From the NCBI GenBank assembly GCA_964016885.1, contig OZ024743.1, positions 341,062,001 through 341,126,000 of the forward strand: a stretch of 64,000 nucleotides of DNA, given 5' to 3'. Made by a program: the position numbers and the translations under genes. Of the stretch, positions 24,694-36,678 are shown in pieces; position 1 is the stretch's first letter, and each line of letters opens with the position of its first letter. The DNA comes from Eledone cirrhosa. Taxonomy: Eukaryota. Under the pieces are notes generated by a model. It saw only the letters and a list, made by a program, of their open reading frames with translations, did no database searches and was not told the DNA's origin.

Positions 24694-24877
24694 GTATATA
24701 AATATATATATATATATATATGTATGTAATATATATATATATGTATGTATATATATGTATATATATATATGTATGTATATATATGTATATATATATATGT
24801 ATGTATATATATATATATATATATGTATGTATATATATATGTGTATATATATATATATATGTATGTATATATATATG

Positions 24878-24912
<35 letters not shown>

Positions 24913-24939
24913 ATATATATATGTATGTATATATATATG

Positions 24940-24985
<46 letters not shown>

Positions 24986-24991
24986 TGTATG

Positions 24992-25022
<31 letters not shown>

Positions 25023-25031
25023 ATATGTATG

Positions 25032-25064
<33 letters not shown>

Positions 25065-25095
25065 ATATGTATGTATATATATATATATATATATG

Positions 25096-25186
<91 letters not shown>

Positions 25187-25197
25187 ACATATATATG

Positions 25198-25290
<93 letters not shown>

Positions 25291-25326
25291 ACATATATAT
25301 GTATGTATATATATATATATATATAT
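23870..25326. repeat. Long compound (TA)n/(TATG)n microsatellite interrupted by one retroelement
   Basis: Directly visible; source of the many YIYIYI ORFs. Confidence 0.97.
24294..24659 (+). mobile_element. Non-autonomous RTE-like element, 5'-truncated with an inverted 5' segment
   Basis: 24336-24659 matches the 3' half of the 56113-56723 element; 24294-24338 is the adjacent upstream part in reverse orientation. Confidence 0.88.
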
Positions 25327-25746
25327 GAAATATAAGAATCAAAGAACTGTTCAAAACATTATTATGTTTACCTACCTAAGTGCCTCCACTACACGTATCT
25401 CTCTGCCACACTATATAAACAAGACGCACGTGCTTGCCACACATATAACATTTGCACTATATAACCGCTTATCTTCATCTTGTATTTTAACCTGTATTTT
25501 TGATTTTTGATTGTACCTTTTAATATGAATGTAATCTCGAAGTGTGTACTGCCACTCTAAATTCTGTAATGAATGTTGACCCACAATATTTGCATATGTA
25601 TCGGTATGTCTCTTGGCTGAAAAGGAGGTCATATAACTGTCCATTCATTAATAAATTGCTCCGAAGAATCCAAACCTCGGTTTGGAGGAAACAGCTGTAA
25701 GCACAATAATGTTTTGAACAGTTCTTTGATTCTTATATTTCATATA
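25322..25746 (+). mobile_element. Penelope-like non-autonomous unit with ~42-bp terminal inverted repeats and a hammerhead
   Basis: tatatgaaatataagaatcaaagaactgttcaaaacattatt at the left end is the reverse complement of 25705-25746. Confidence 0.75.
25657..25703 (+). ncRNA. Minimal hammerhead with variant core CCGAAGA
   Basis: tgct-CCGAAGA-atccaaacc(tc)ggtttggag-GAAA-cagctg-TA-agca. Confidence 0.7.
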
Positions 25747-25956
25747 ACTGCTCTGTAAATCATCTGATGTTTTTACATCGAGCTACTTAACTTACTGGTA
25801 ATAAGGTAGTAATACATTACTGCCTACCACTATTTAGGGTTTGTATAAAAAATACATATAACTGCATAAGGTTTCTGTATTTACATAACCATAAATAGTA
25901 TAATTAATACTATATATATATATATGTATACATATATATATATGTATGTATATATG

Positions 25957-25989
<33 letters not shown>

Positions 25990-26592
25990 GTATGTATATA
26001 TATATGACAAACTCACTGACACACCCATACACACACATATGTATAGAGATAGATAGGTAGGTAGATAGATAGATAAATAGATATGTAGATAGACGTATGT
26101 TAACGTATGTATATATGAGTGTATGCAAATAAACAATAGATCATCTGTTATATTTCAGGTTTTACCAGTGCACAGATGTAAAGAAGAAATAAAAGACCAT
26201 TGTTGTGTTTCCGGAGATTTAGAAATAGCAGTAAGTCTTTCTATTTCATATTTTGTTTAAAACCTATCCACAATTTTACTAATGACTTTACTAATGACTC
26301 CTTAAGGTTTCACATGTGGATAACTTCTGTTCTACCACCTGCACAGATCAATTCAAGCAGATTTCAAATAGTATTTTGTAAGGCTCACTAAAGGCTTTAC
26401 CATGAAGCTGACTGACATAATGCATATGATATAAGACTGCTCCACCTACAGGGATGTGCAGCTGAATTCTATACGATAGTAGTCTATAATAAACATCTTC
26501 GTTATATACAGTTTTTGTGTGATAATGTCGTAAATATCGTATATTATAAGTTAACACGATATATATATATACAGGTATTAGTATATATATAT

Positions 26593-26644
<52 letters not shown>

Positions 26645-26800
26645 TTAAGGATACTATTTATGGTTATGTATATAATAAAACCTTTTATGGTTATATATTT
26701 TGTATATACAAACCCCAAATAGTGGGTCAATATATGCATATGTTTTTATAAGTCTCTTGTGTTGAAAAGGAGGTCAAGTATGTTATAGATCACTAAATAG

Positions 26801-26849
26801 TTGCTCCGAAGAAATCAAACCTCGGTTTGGAGGAAACAATTGTAAGCAA
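26801..26849 (+). ncRNA. Minimal hammerhead with variant core CCGAAGA (second copy)
   Basis: ttgct-CCGAAGA-aatcaaacc(tc)ggtttggag-GAAA-caattg-TA-agcaa. Confidence 0.7.
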
Positions 26850-26880
26850 ATAAATGATTTAAACTGAACTTTGGTTATTG

Positions 26881-27016
<136 letters not shown>

Positions 27017-27186
27017 ATATATATACTAATACCTATATATATATATATATATATTGTGTTAACTTGTAATATACGATATTTACGACATTATCACACAAAT
27101 ACTGCATATAACGAAAGATGTTTATTATAGACTACTATCGTATAGAATTCAGCTGCACATCCCTGTAGGCGGAACATTCTCATATC

Positions 27187-27227
<41 letters not shown>

Positions 27228-27233
27228 TATTAG

Positions 27234-27295
<62 letters not shown>

Positions 27296-27356
27296 CATAT
27301 ACATATATACACACATACATATATATATATAAACACGCACAAACACAAACACACAC

Positions 27357-27454
<98 letters not shown>

Positions 27455-27737
27455 TATCAAGACCTGATTGGTTCTTTCGTTGTTTTCGTTTCATGTGGTT
27501 GGGCTCACCTGTCGCAGTTGTCAATTTGTCAAGCTATCTAACATATGTTATTACTCTAAGGTGACACAACCTTATCGAGTGCTTTGATGCACATTCCTAA
27601 TTGTATATCGTTAGCGTGGCCACAACCAAAACCTCGATTTTACTAAACTTCCATTTGTATATATATAATATATACAAATAAAAGGCATATTGATAGCCTG
27701 TAATTAACAAGCTCAAAGTATAAATACTGAGCATTAT

Positions 27738-27915
27738 GGATTGGCAGTATCGGTAGAGGGTCGGATGCCATGCTTTCCAGCATAGTTATGTCCCTTTACG
27801 ATCTGAGTTCAAATCCCGCCGAGGTTGACTTTGCCTTTCATCCTTACGGGGTCGATAAAATAAAGTACCAGTAATGCACTGGATAATTGCTGGCCTTGTG
27901 CCTAAAGTAGAAACA
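27738..27915 (+). mobile_element. tRNA-SINE family 1
   Basis: Same core and tail as 17171; lacks the first few bases. Confidence 0.9.
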
Positions 27916-28053
27916 ATTATATAATAATATATGTAGTAATAAACACAGTAAATCGTGTAAAACGGGGGTTGAAATAGCACGTTGGTTTGACAAAGTTAAC
28001 CTGAAGCAAACGAAAATACAGAAAATAGATTGACTGTCTCAATAACTATTACA

Positions 28054-28139
28054 TCTCCCGGACAGATTAGAGATTTAATCTGTTTCGCCCTGAGGATTGT
28101 GTTTGTAACAGATAATCCGGGGGCATCATCAGCGAGAGA
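28054..28139 (-). ncRNA. Canonical type-I hammerhead ribozyme with a GUC cleavage triplet
   Basis: tctctcg-CTGATGA-t-gccc...gggc-GAAA-cagatta(aatctc)taatctg-TC-cgggaga; all three stems pair. Confidence 0.88.
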
Positions 28140-28388
28140 ATTAGATTAAATGTGACAAACACATAAAGCTACAAACCACACGAATGAACATTTCACCTCG
28201 TGCGCCAGAAGTCAAAAGTGGTGTGAGTGGATAGGCTAGAAACAATAGCCTTAATACACCCAACTTATAAGCTCACCTAGTAGGGAGCCGAAATACAAAT
28301 AAAAGGCAGAGTTAATAACTCATATTGATACCCTGTAATTAACAAGCTCAAAGTATAAATACTGAGCATTATATAATAATATATGAAG

Positions 28389-28573
28389 GCGGTGGATTGG
28401 CAGTATCGGTATAGAGGGTGGGACGCCATGCTATCCAGCATAGTTACGTCCCTTTACGGTCTGAGTTCAAATCCCGCCGAGGTTGACTTTGGCTTTCATC
28501 CTTACGGGGTCGATAAAATAAAGTACCAGTAATGCACTGGATAATTGCTGGCCTTGTGCTAAAAGAAGAAACA
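28389..28573 (+). mobile_element. Full-length tRNA-SINE family 1 with ~21-bp TSD
   Basis: attatataataatatatgaag occurs at 28368-28388 and 28574-28594. Confidence 0.92.
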
Positions 28574-28671
28574 ATTATATAATAATATATGAAGTAATAA
28601 ACACAGTAAATTGACTTCTGGCGCACGAGGTGAAATGTTCATTCGTGTGGCTGTGTCACATTTAATCTAAT

Positions 28672-28757
28672 TCCCTCGCTGATGATGCCCCCGGATTATA
28701 TGTTACAAACACAATTCTCAGGGCGATACAGATTAAATCTCTAATCTGTCCGGGAGA
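28672..28757 (+). ncRNA. Inverted copy of the canonical hammerhead with GAAA mutated to GATA (probably inactive)
   Basis: Same stems as 28054-28139; GATA at 28725-28728. Confidence 0.75.
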
Positions 28758-28884
28758 TGTATTAATTATTGAGACGGTCCGTATATTTTCTGTATTTCCG
28801 TTTGTTTCAGGTTAAATTTATCAAACCAAGTGGTATTTCAACCCTCGTAATTTTAGACACACGATATACAGTGTTTATTACTAC

Positions 28885-28953
<69 letters not shown>

Positions 28954-29035
28954 TTTAACGGTTGAACGTGTTTAATTGAGAGATTTTTCTTGGGATCTGC
29001 ATACACACATACCCCCCCACACACACGCACACACG

Positions 29036-29162
<127 letters not shown>

Positions 29163-31349
29163 ATATATATATTGGGTGGTAAGTAATTCTTAAGTGAGCT
29201 GGACATTAGTAGGTCTTCAGAGAAGAAACGCCACTCAAGCAAGTATTTCGGCTCTTTATCCTTTTACTCTAAGAGGGCCAAGCTGCATCCACCTTATAAC
29301 TCCTGGGTGCCCTTCTGCTGACATTTAGACATTCGGATATTGGAGACTTGTGTATTCAAACCTATGGATATTTTGTTGACAGGATCGAGCTAGATCATCT
29401 CGTGATTGGGTCTGCAATCAAACTTATATTCAAACGCATTTTTGAATTTGGAAAAATAACATTGGTATTCATGGTAACGGTGAACTGTTAACAGCATTAG
29501 CACCACCACGAATACTACAACAGTGACTCAAGGTTAATTCCCTGAGTTTGCGCAAAAATACAAACATGGTGCCCTGAAACCCTTTTACGATGCCCTCAAA
29601 CCATTTACGAAGAAAATTCGGATTGTATGGTTTCAAATGTATTTTAAAGTACTCGTCAGTAAATACCTACTCTCTCTTGACTCTTTAGTGATTCAAGTTT
29701 TGGGAAATGAAGATAAGATCAGCAGGAACTTAATTGTGTTTGCATGTCATTGAAAAGTTGACCACGTATATTGATTAAAAGGATTCCCTTATAGTGCATT
29801 CGAAATGAAATTTACAAATATTGTTACTACCATAAATTCAAATAACCATATATATAAAGAATTTTTTGTCTATTCAATCTAAATACTACTAAAATTGTGT
29901 GATTGTGTTGTGTTAATAATTTAATACAGCAAAAAAACAGTGCATAATGGAAAAATACTTTGAAAGGAGGTTGGCTCTGAAATGGTAATACAAATGGCGT
30001 AAAATAAGTTTCGCGTTAATCTGCGCATGGGTTCTCGAGATACGGGTTTTTTCCAGGTACCTTCATAAATAGAAAGAGAGAAAGAAAGATAGGGAGAAAG
30101 AGATAGTGGTTGTGAAATTGAAAGAGAGGTAGAGAGAGGAGACAGAGTGAGTGAGAGAGCGAGAGAGAGAGAGAGAGCTGTAAAAATTATGTTTAAGTGA
30201 ACGTAACCCAATGGGTCACGTGTGGTCTAGTATATTATAATTCCAAGTGATACATGTTAGGCGAAGGCAGACAAACCTACACCGCCCTACATACATACAC
30301 ACACACACACGCGCATATATATATATATATATACACTCACACACACGCATACACACACGCACACATACACACACACTTATATACATATATCACTGTATCT
30401 TTTGTTAGGCAGGATTGTATTAGGGCATTAAGTATAGTATATGCTTCGATATAATCAACTGGTATCCTTAAATATAATAACTCAGCTTCGTCCCATTCTA
30501 ACACCACAACTAAAATTTTATTTCAGATACGCTATGTTTTTGCAAATGTAACAATGAAATTGATTAGAGATATTTTAAGATTCCATTGAAAATAATTCGT
30601 TTAAATCGTGATAAATTTCATGTCAATATCGCTGTTTTATCTCTGCGTGAGTATGTCAGTATAGTTTAGTGTTTCATTACCAAGGGCGGAACTTCTCTCT
30701 ATTATACATTCTCGTATATTGATAAATGTGCATGTCTATTGGAATTGAATATTCGTATTCTACACAATTAGTGGCGTAGCTTCATTGTAGCATGCAGATA
30801 GTGGGTAGTTTAGTTTCAAGTTGACATACGTGACAAGAAGGAGGATTATTAGCAAGGAGAGAATTATGATATATTTAATATTCTATTCCATTATTTATAA
30901 TCGCTGTTGTTTTTGGTGTTGTTAAATTTTCAAGCATGACAGAAAAGACCAATTATCAAATAATGTTTCAGCTCTGACTATTAGCGTATATTCAGACGTA
31001 ATATATCCCAAACTACTTTAACTGTGCCCTAGGTTGTAGCGGTCAAGCCCATGTCAACTAATAATCTCAGATGGTGATGGTGAAAATCATGGGGCTCATC
31101 GATTAGAGTTGACAAGGGTTTCGACAGCGACAACAAAAAACAAACAATTAATGTAGTCCGAGGTATATTATGGCTGAATACAAGAGAATGAAACGTTTCG
31201 CTACTATTTTAACCAAAAAACACTTATATGCTTAGTCGTTCCTCGATACCACTGTTTGAGAAGACTTCCAAAAGCCTGCTTGTGGCAGTGTACGCTAGGG
31301 TTAGATTACCCTTTATCCTACGAACTTCAGTTATGGCTTTCTTGGTTAG

Positions 31350-32710
31350 AATTTTATTTCTATAACCATATATGCGTTTGCAGCAATTCTTCTAGAAATA
31401 AGTTGATTTTTACATATAATTGGTAATCTTCTACTATAATATTACTGCCAAATTTTTGTACGGTATAGATAGATATTTTAATGGTCTAGAGGATTTGTGG
31501 TACTTCTGTTTATATATATTTTTTTTTTCGGTGGGGAGTAAGGTCCTTTTCACTAGATTATTAAGTATTTTTGTCAAGATTTTATGGGAACCTGTTAAAT
31601 ATACTTGGCAGGTATTGGGAACAATATTACGTCTTAGCGCTTTCCAATTGATACATTTATTGTAGCAACTGTACTAATTTTAAAGTTTATATGACCTTTC
31701 ATCCTTAATCATGTTTTGAAAAAGCTTGACTAATAGTTGTTGGCACTGCATTGGTTCCAGTTTGGTTTCTACTTCGTTGGTAATTTCGTTTTGAGCTAGA
31801 ATTGAATTTTATATTTTTCAAATAATGTTTATGATTTTGCGAAACTTTTGTTTTATAGGTATATTTATTTAAGGTTATTTTTTGTTATGTTGCATTTGTT
31901 CGATATTTATCTCACTATCTGTCCTGTTTCATTTCTGATTTTTCGTTGTTGATTTCATTAAGAGTTGCTAGATATTTTCAATATTACACTTTATATAGCT
32001 TTCGTGCGCTCAAATGTTTCGAAATAAGTACTTTGAAAGAATAGCTAGTTTTCTATCTGACTATTGAAATTGTTTCACATTAATCTGTCGATGTTGATGT
32101 TTGCGTCAATTTTTATTAGGTCTTTGCTTGCCAACTTTACGTTTTTCATTTGTGTTGCTGTGTTGTCGTTAAGTTTATTTTGGATGGAGGGATTTATAAG
32201 AGGATCTTATATTGATTTAAATTCTTGAACTATTTCCACCTATAGATTAATGTCCTTTTCAAAATAATCCTTTTAGAGTGCTCCATTGTTAAATATTTCC
32301 AATCAATGTATTCACATTTTCTTTCTTTTGTGTAGTTTGGGTTTAGCTTTTGATGGTTAATATCCTGCTTGGTATGTTAGGGGGTTTGTTTGCTATGTTT
32401 GTTACATATTTGGTTTGTTTTCATATGCTAGATATATATATTTCATATTTTCATTTTTAATGGTTTTATATTTAATGTTTTCCATGTTTGAAATTGTTCT
32501 TTATTTGTACATTTAATATGTATTCTTTCTTAGTGATATTTTTATTGATAAGTCTAATATTTCGCTTTTGAAATTGTATCTTTTTAAGTCAGTCTGTTGG
32601 AATACAATGTACAGGAGAGCAATTTTTTCTAGCTAATATATACGTATGTTGTATTAGTGTCATTCAAATCGGGTAGTTTATTTTGAAAATGTGCATATAG
32701 TGCATATGAT
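31350..32710 (-). mobile_element. Very old AT-rich L1-like ORF2 remnant
   Basis: My hand translation gives IVFQQTDL (like APE LQETHL) near 32590 and HKILTKILNNL (like RT YKILTKIL) near 31570; no open frame remains. Confidence 0.35.
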
Positions 32711-33313
32711 ATCTTGTTGTTGTTGTTGTTGTTCTTGTTCTTGTCCTTGTTGTTGTTGGTGTTGGTGTTGTTGTTGTTCTTCTCTTCTTCTTCTTCTTCT
32801 TCTTTACATTATTGGTTGGTTTGTACATATGTGATACGCACGGAGAAATAATCAGAGAGAGCGAGAGGGGGGGGGGGGGAGAAAGTGTTTGGGAGGAGAG
32901 GCAAAAAGGCAAGGTAAAAGAGACAGGACCGTTAATTATAGACATTTGTTATCAAAGACATAAACACATGTGATATATAACGAAGTACAGCTAGTGACGT
33001 TATCGGGAAGAATATTGATTAATGCGGGTGGTGATAGTGATAGTAAAGAGGGGGAAAACAAAGACTCTAGTCATTTTAAGTAATGACTAATCTTTTTACC
33101 CGTCAATTATTTAACGCATGCACTTTAGGGTCACCTGATAGCCTGAACCTTTAACAAAGGATTCAGATTCCAGTTACATTAGCTTATGCAATGACAATTA
33201 AGAAAACACAGGATGAAGCATTTAAGAAGGTATGGGATCACTATCTACAACCAATAGTTATGTTACATTCTCTTGGGTTAGGAAATAAACAGATGTTTTT
33301 CTTAGTGTAATTA

Positions 33314-33502
33314 ATTGTTTCTAATTTTGGCACAAGGCCAGCAATTATACCAGTGTATTACTGGTGCTTTATTTTATCGACCTCATAAGGATGAAAGGCA
33401 AAGTTAACCTCGGCGGTATTTGAACTCAGACTATAAAGGGCGAAACTCTTTGCTGAAAAGCATGGCGTCAGACCCTCTACTGATACTGCCAATTCACCGC
33501 CA
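33314..33502 (-). mobile_element. Full-length tRNA-SINE family 1
   Basis: Reverse complement of the family; TSD about attaattac(a/c)ctaa. Confidence 0.9.
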
Positions 33503-33702
33503 TTAGGGTAATTAATATCAACAAGGAAGGCCTGCAAATGTGTGTCAGAGTAATTATTGAGTTAAAATTATCAACAAACGCGGAATCTCCAAGGGACCAG
33601 CTTGTAGTTGTTGTTGTTGTTGTCGTCGTCGTCATTATTGTTGCCGTTGCTGTTGTTGTTGTTGCTGTTGTTGTTGTTGTTGTTCTTCTTCTTCTATTGT
33701 TG

Positions 33703-34976
33703 TATCGCGGCCGTCATCTACTACCGCCTGACCGTCGTACCTTGTCCTAAGCCCCGCCTGACTGCGCTGGAGCGTTTGCTCTTTCGCTTTTTGTGGAAGG
33801 GACGCACTCCGATGGTCAAACGGTCCATCTGCTGTCAACACCCGCTACGTGGAGGGCTGGGCATGCCGTGGCTGATGATGCGCAAACACGCGCTCAGGCT
33901 ACGACATCTCCACCTCTTCCTCTACGGTGATCAGGTGTGGTCGCCGTTTGCTAGACACGTCTTTCCCCAGATCGTCTCCTTGACGGAGCTGCAGTCCTGG
34001 GTCAAGCGAAGACCGAGAGGGAGCGCTTGGAGACTGGAATGTCTTCAGGCGCTCACAGCCCTCGACCAATCGGGCAATATGATCGGTGGAAACTCCACCT
34101 TGGCGTTCTATAGAGGATTAGTGGAGGGAAAGAGCGACGACGTACTTGGAGAAACTCTAGGCGTCGACGAAAATCAGCTAGCCAATCTCTTCGGAAGGAC
34201 TTTCGGGCCGGGGCCTATGAACAATTTCCAGAAATCTCTGGCCTGGCAGTGCTACCGAGGAGCTTTGCCAGTTCGGGATAAACTCTACAGGCATGGAGGT
34301 GCCGTCAGCCGGGCACGTCCGAGATGCGCGCAGGGCGACGAAACCGTCCTTCACTCACTCGTCCAGTGTCCGAGCATTCCTGACTTGTGGGTTTATGTCG
34401 AACACCTGCTGTCACGTGTAGGACGGATCCAGCTATCAGCTGAGTCCATCGTGAGGATGCCCCGCCCCCTTCCTTTAGCCGGGAAGGGCAGGCAGATTTT
34501 ATCTGTCTGGTGGCCATGGCGAAAGAGATAGTATGGTGGACACGTTTGAAAGGGCTGAAGACGAGCACTTACCTCTTCAGTGATGCCCTGATTAACTTTT
34601 TCAAATTTCATTTGAAAAGGAAAATGAGGGTAGAGAGGGAAGTGCTCTCTTCCCAGCATTTTGTTGAAAGATGGGTGAGAGAAGCAAGTATGGCCCGAGT
34701 GAATGGGCCTACCCTGAGTATGTGTCTGTAAATTAAAGGTGGAAAACTGGGGGAGGGCACTTGCCCTGGTGGTCCGGGTCACTGTGGCCTTTTAATGGGC
34801 TTTCTCCACAAATGTCCCTCCGAAGTCTCCCCCCTATTGGGGAATTTTTCATTGTTATTTTTTATTACATCCTCTGTTTGTTTTACACGCAGAAATGCCC
34901 ATTTGCACCGTCCTGTATTGTCCTGTACTGTTCTTAATGTCTAATTTATGTAAACCCTTGTGGTTAATAAAGAAAG

Positions 34977-34977
<1 letters not shown>
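33703..34977 (+). mobile_element. 5'-truncated Tx1-type LINE (3' end of ORF2, stop at 34731) with (ATT)n tail
   Basis: Homologous to 10005-11009 and 15873-16894; preceded by (GTT)n. Confidence 0.92.
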
Positions 34978-35025
<48 letters not shown>

Positions 35026-35205
35026 GAATGCCATGCTTGACGGAGGCTCGGCTCTGTAAGGTATAGTAATTTTTAACCGCTATAACAATTGTAAATTGTT
35101 TAAAACTTTAACCAAATTGTAGATAAAAACACTCTCCTCCTCGTGAGAGGGGTCTTTCTGCCCATTATTTGGCCCTTCCGGGTTAAATAACCTCTTATTG
35201 GGGTT

Positions 35206-36528
35206 TTGTGCCCAATATTCATTTTAACCCAAAAAAACATGGCTACAAAAAGGAATTTTCACAAGTCACTCCCACTCATTCCGTCTTCTACTACCTCAAT
35301 CATCACTACATCAGACAGAACATTGTCTCTCTCAATCCATTCTATAAATGTGTCTTTCTCACTCCCTTCTCTTTACTGCGGGCCAAACATTGTGAGGGTC
35401 AAACTGACCCACGTCCACCCCTGGATGGCCCCTTCTTGGCTGGCCGCGTCTGTCCTCGTCGGAATCGAGGACAAAACAACTGTACTGCAAGTACAGAAAA
35501 AAGTACGAGAAGATTGGGTCGGCACCTCCATTGAGATGTTAATCCAAATCAACCAGGAGTGCATCGAAGCTATCCCGGATGTGATAGACTTCGATAACGG
35601 CACTCAACTGCCCATAAGTGTTGAGGGCAAACGCTCGAAATGCTTTCTCTGTGGATCGAAGACTCAACTCAGGGCCTTCTGCAATGAGAAGACCCTGAGA
35701 AAGGAGAAAATTCCCCTCCTTCCGAAACCGGCTCCACTGCTACCAGCAACAGGACAGGTGGCAACCAAGAAGGATAGGTCCATGGCACCCATACCCACGC
35801 CACGGAAATCAAGAACCGCAGCAGCAGTGGAAGTATTAACAACAACAAGAGTAATACCAACTGCAGCTGCAACAGAGACTCCACTGCAAACATCACTAAC
35901 AACAACAAGTGAAATAGTGGAGCTGGTACCCCTGCCCGACCTTACACAATCGGACATAGAGTGTGAGGTGGGAGAGGGATGGCAAAAGGTCGCAAGAAGG
36001 TACAAACGCAGAAGCAGCGCATCGTCGCCTTCGAAAAGGGAGGAAAGAAATGAAAAAAGGGTAAAGAGACTTACAGCAAAGAGACTTGCAGCAAAGAGAA
36101 TTACAGCAGCAACACCACCAACACCATCACCACCCACACCGGCACCACCATCACCGCCGGCGGCAACCCTACCGCAAACAACAACAACACCTTCAACACC
36201 ACCACCGCAAGCACCAACATCGCAAATACAACAACAAAACACACACACCCAGCAACAACGACAAGAAAATAGCAGAACCACACCCCAACCCCAGAAAAAC
36301 AAATGCGCAGCAATAAATACACACAACAAGAAACTAATGACTTACATAATTGAACACACAGACATTTCACAGCACGACTACATAATACCAGCACCAACCA
36401 AAACACCAACGAACATAAGACTGGTAAGAATAGCACAGCAACAATACACAAACATTAAAACGAAATTCCTCAACGCAGTTGGTGAGTTCAGAGACCTAGG
36501 AGGGACACTCAATCAGAGAGTATATTAG
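35206..36528 (+). pseudogene. LINE ORF1 remnant (440-codon open frame, mutated knuckle CFLCGSKTQLRAFC)
   Basis: From YCGPNIVRVK onward it aligns with ORF1 at about 6658-6940; the N-terminal region appears deleted or replaced. Confidence 0.75.
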
Positions 36529-36678
36529 GATATATTCACAGAAGAGCCGACGACCAGCCGAAGGGACGATTCAACGGTCCCTTCACCAGACGATCAAATG
36601 AAAAGGATGGAGAAACCATCTTTCCTCTACGAGAAGTAAGGTAAGTGGTCTTTCCCATCTATTACACTCCATTTCAAC

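Larger units (their letters stand above)
27672..28890 (-). mobile_element. Penelope-like repeat cassette: partial direct repeats plus an inverted copy, with two hammerheads and an embedded SINE
   Basis: 27686-27950 matches 28322-28610 (direct); 27930-28214 matches 28611-28890 (inverted). Confidence 0.78.

Noticed and set aside
23847-25510. Long ORFs (up to 274 aa) of [10 protein letters not shown] type here and throughout the window
   Set aside because: They are translations of (TA)n, (TATG)n and (CA)n microsatellites that lack stop codons; not genes.
29195-29285. GAAA and CTGAAGA motifs on the minus strand
   Set aside because: No consistent three-stem fold; at best a decayed relic.
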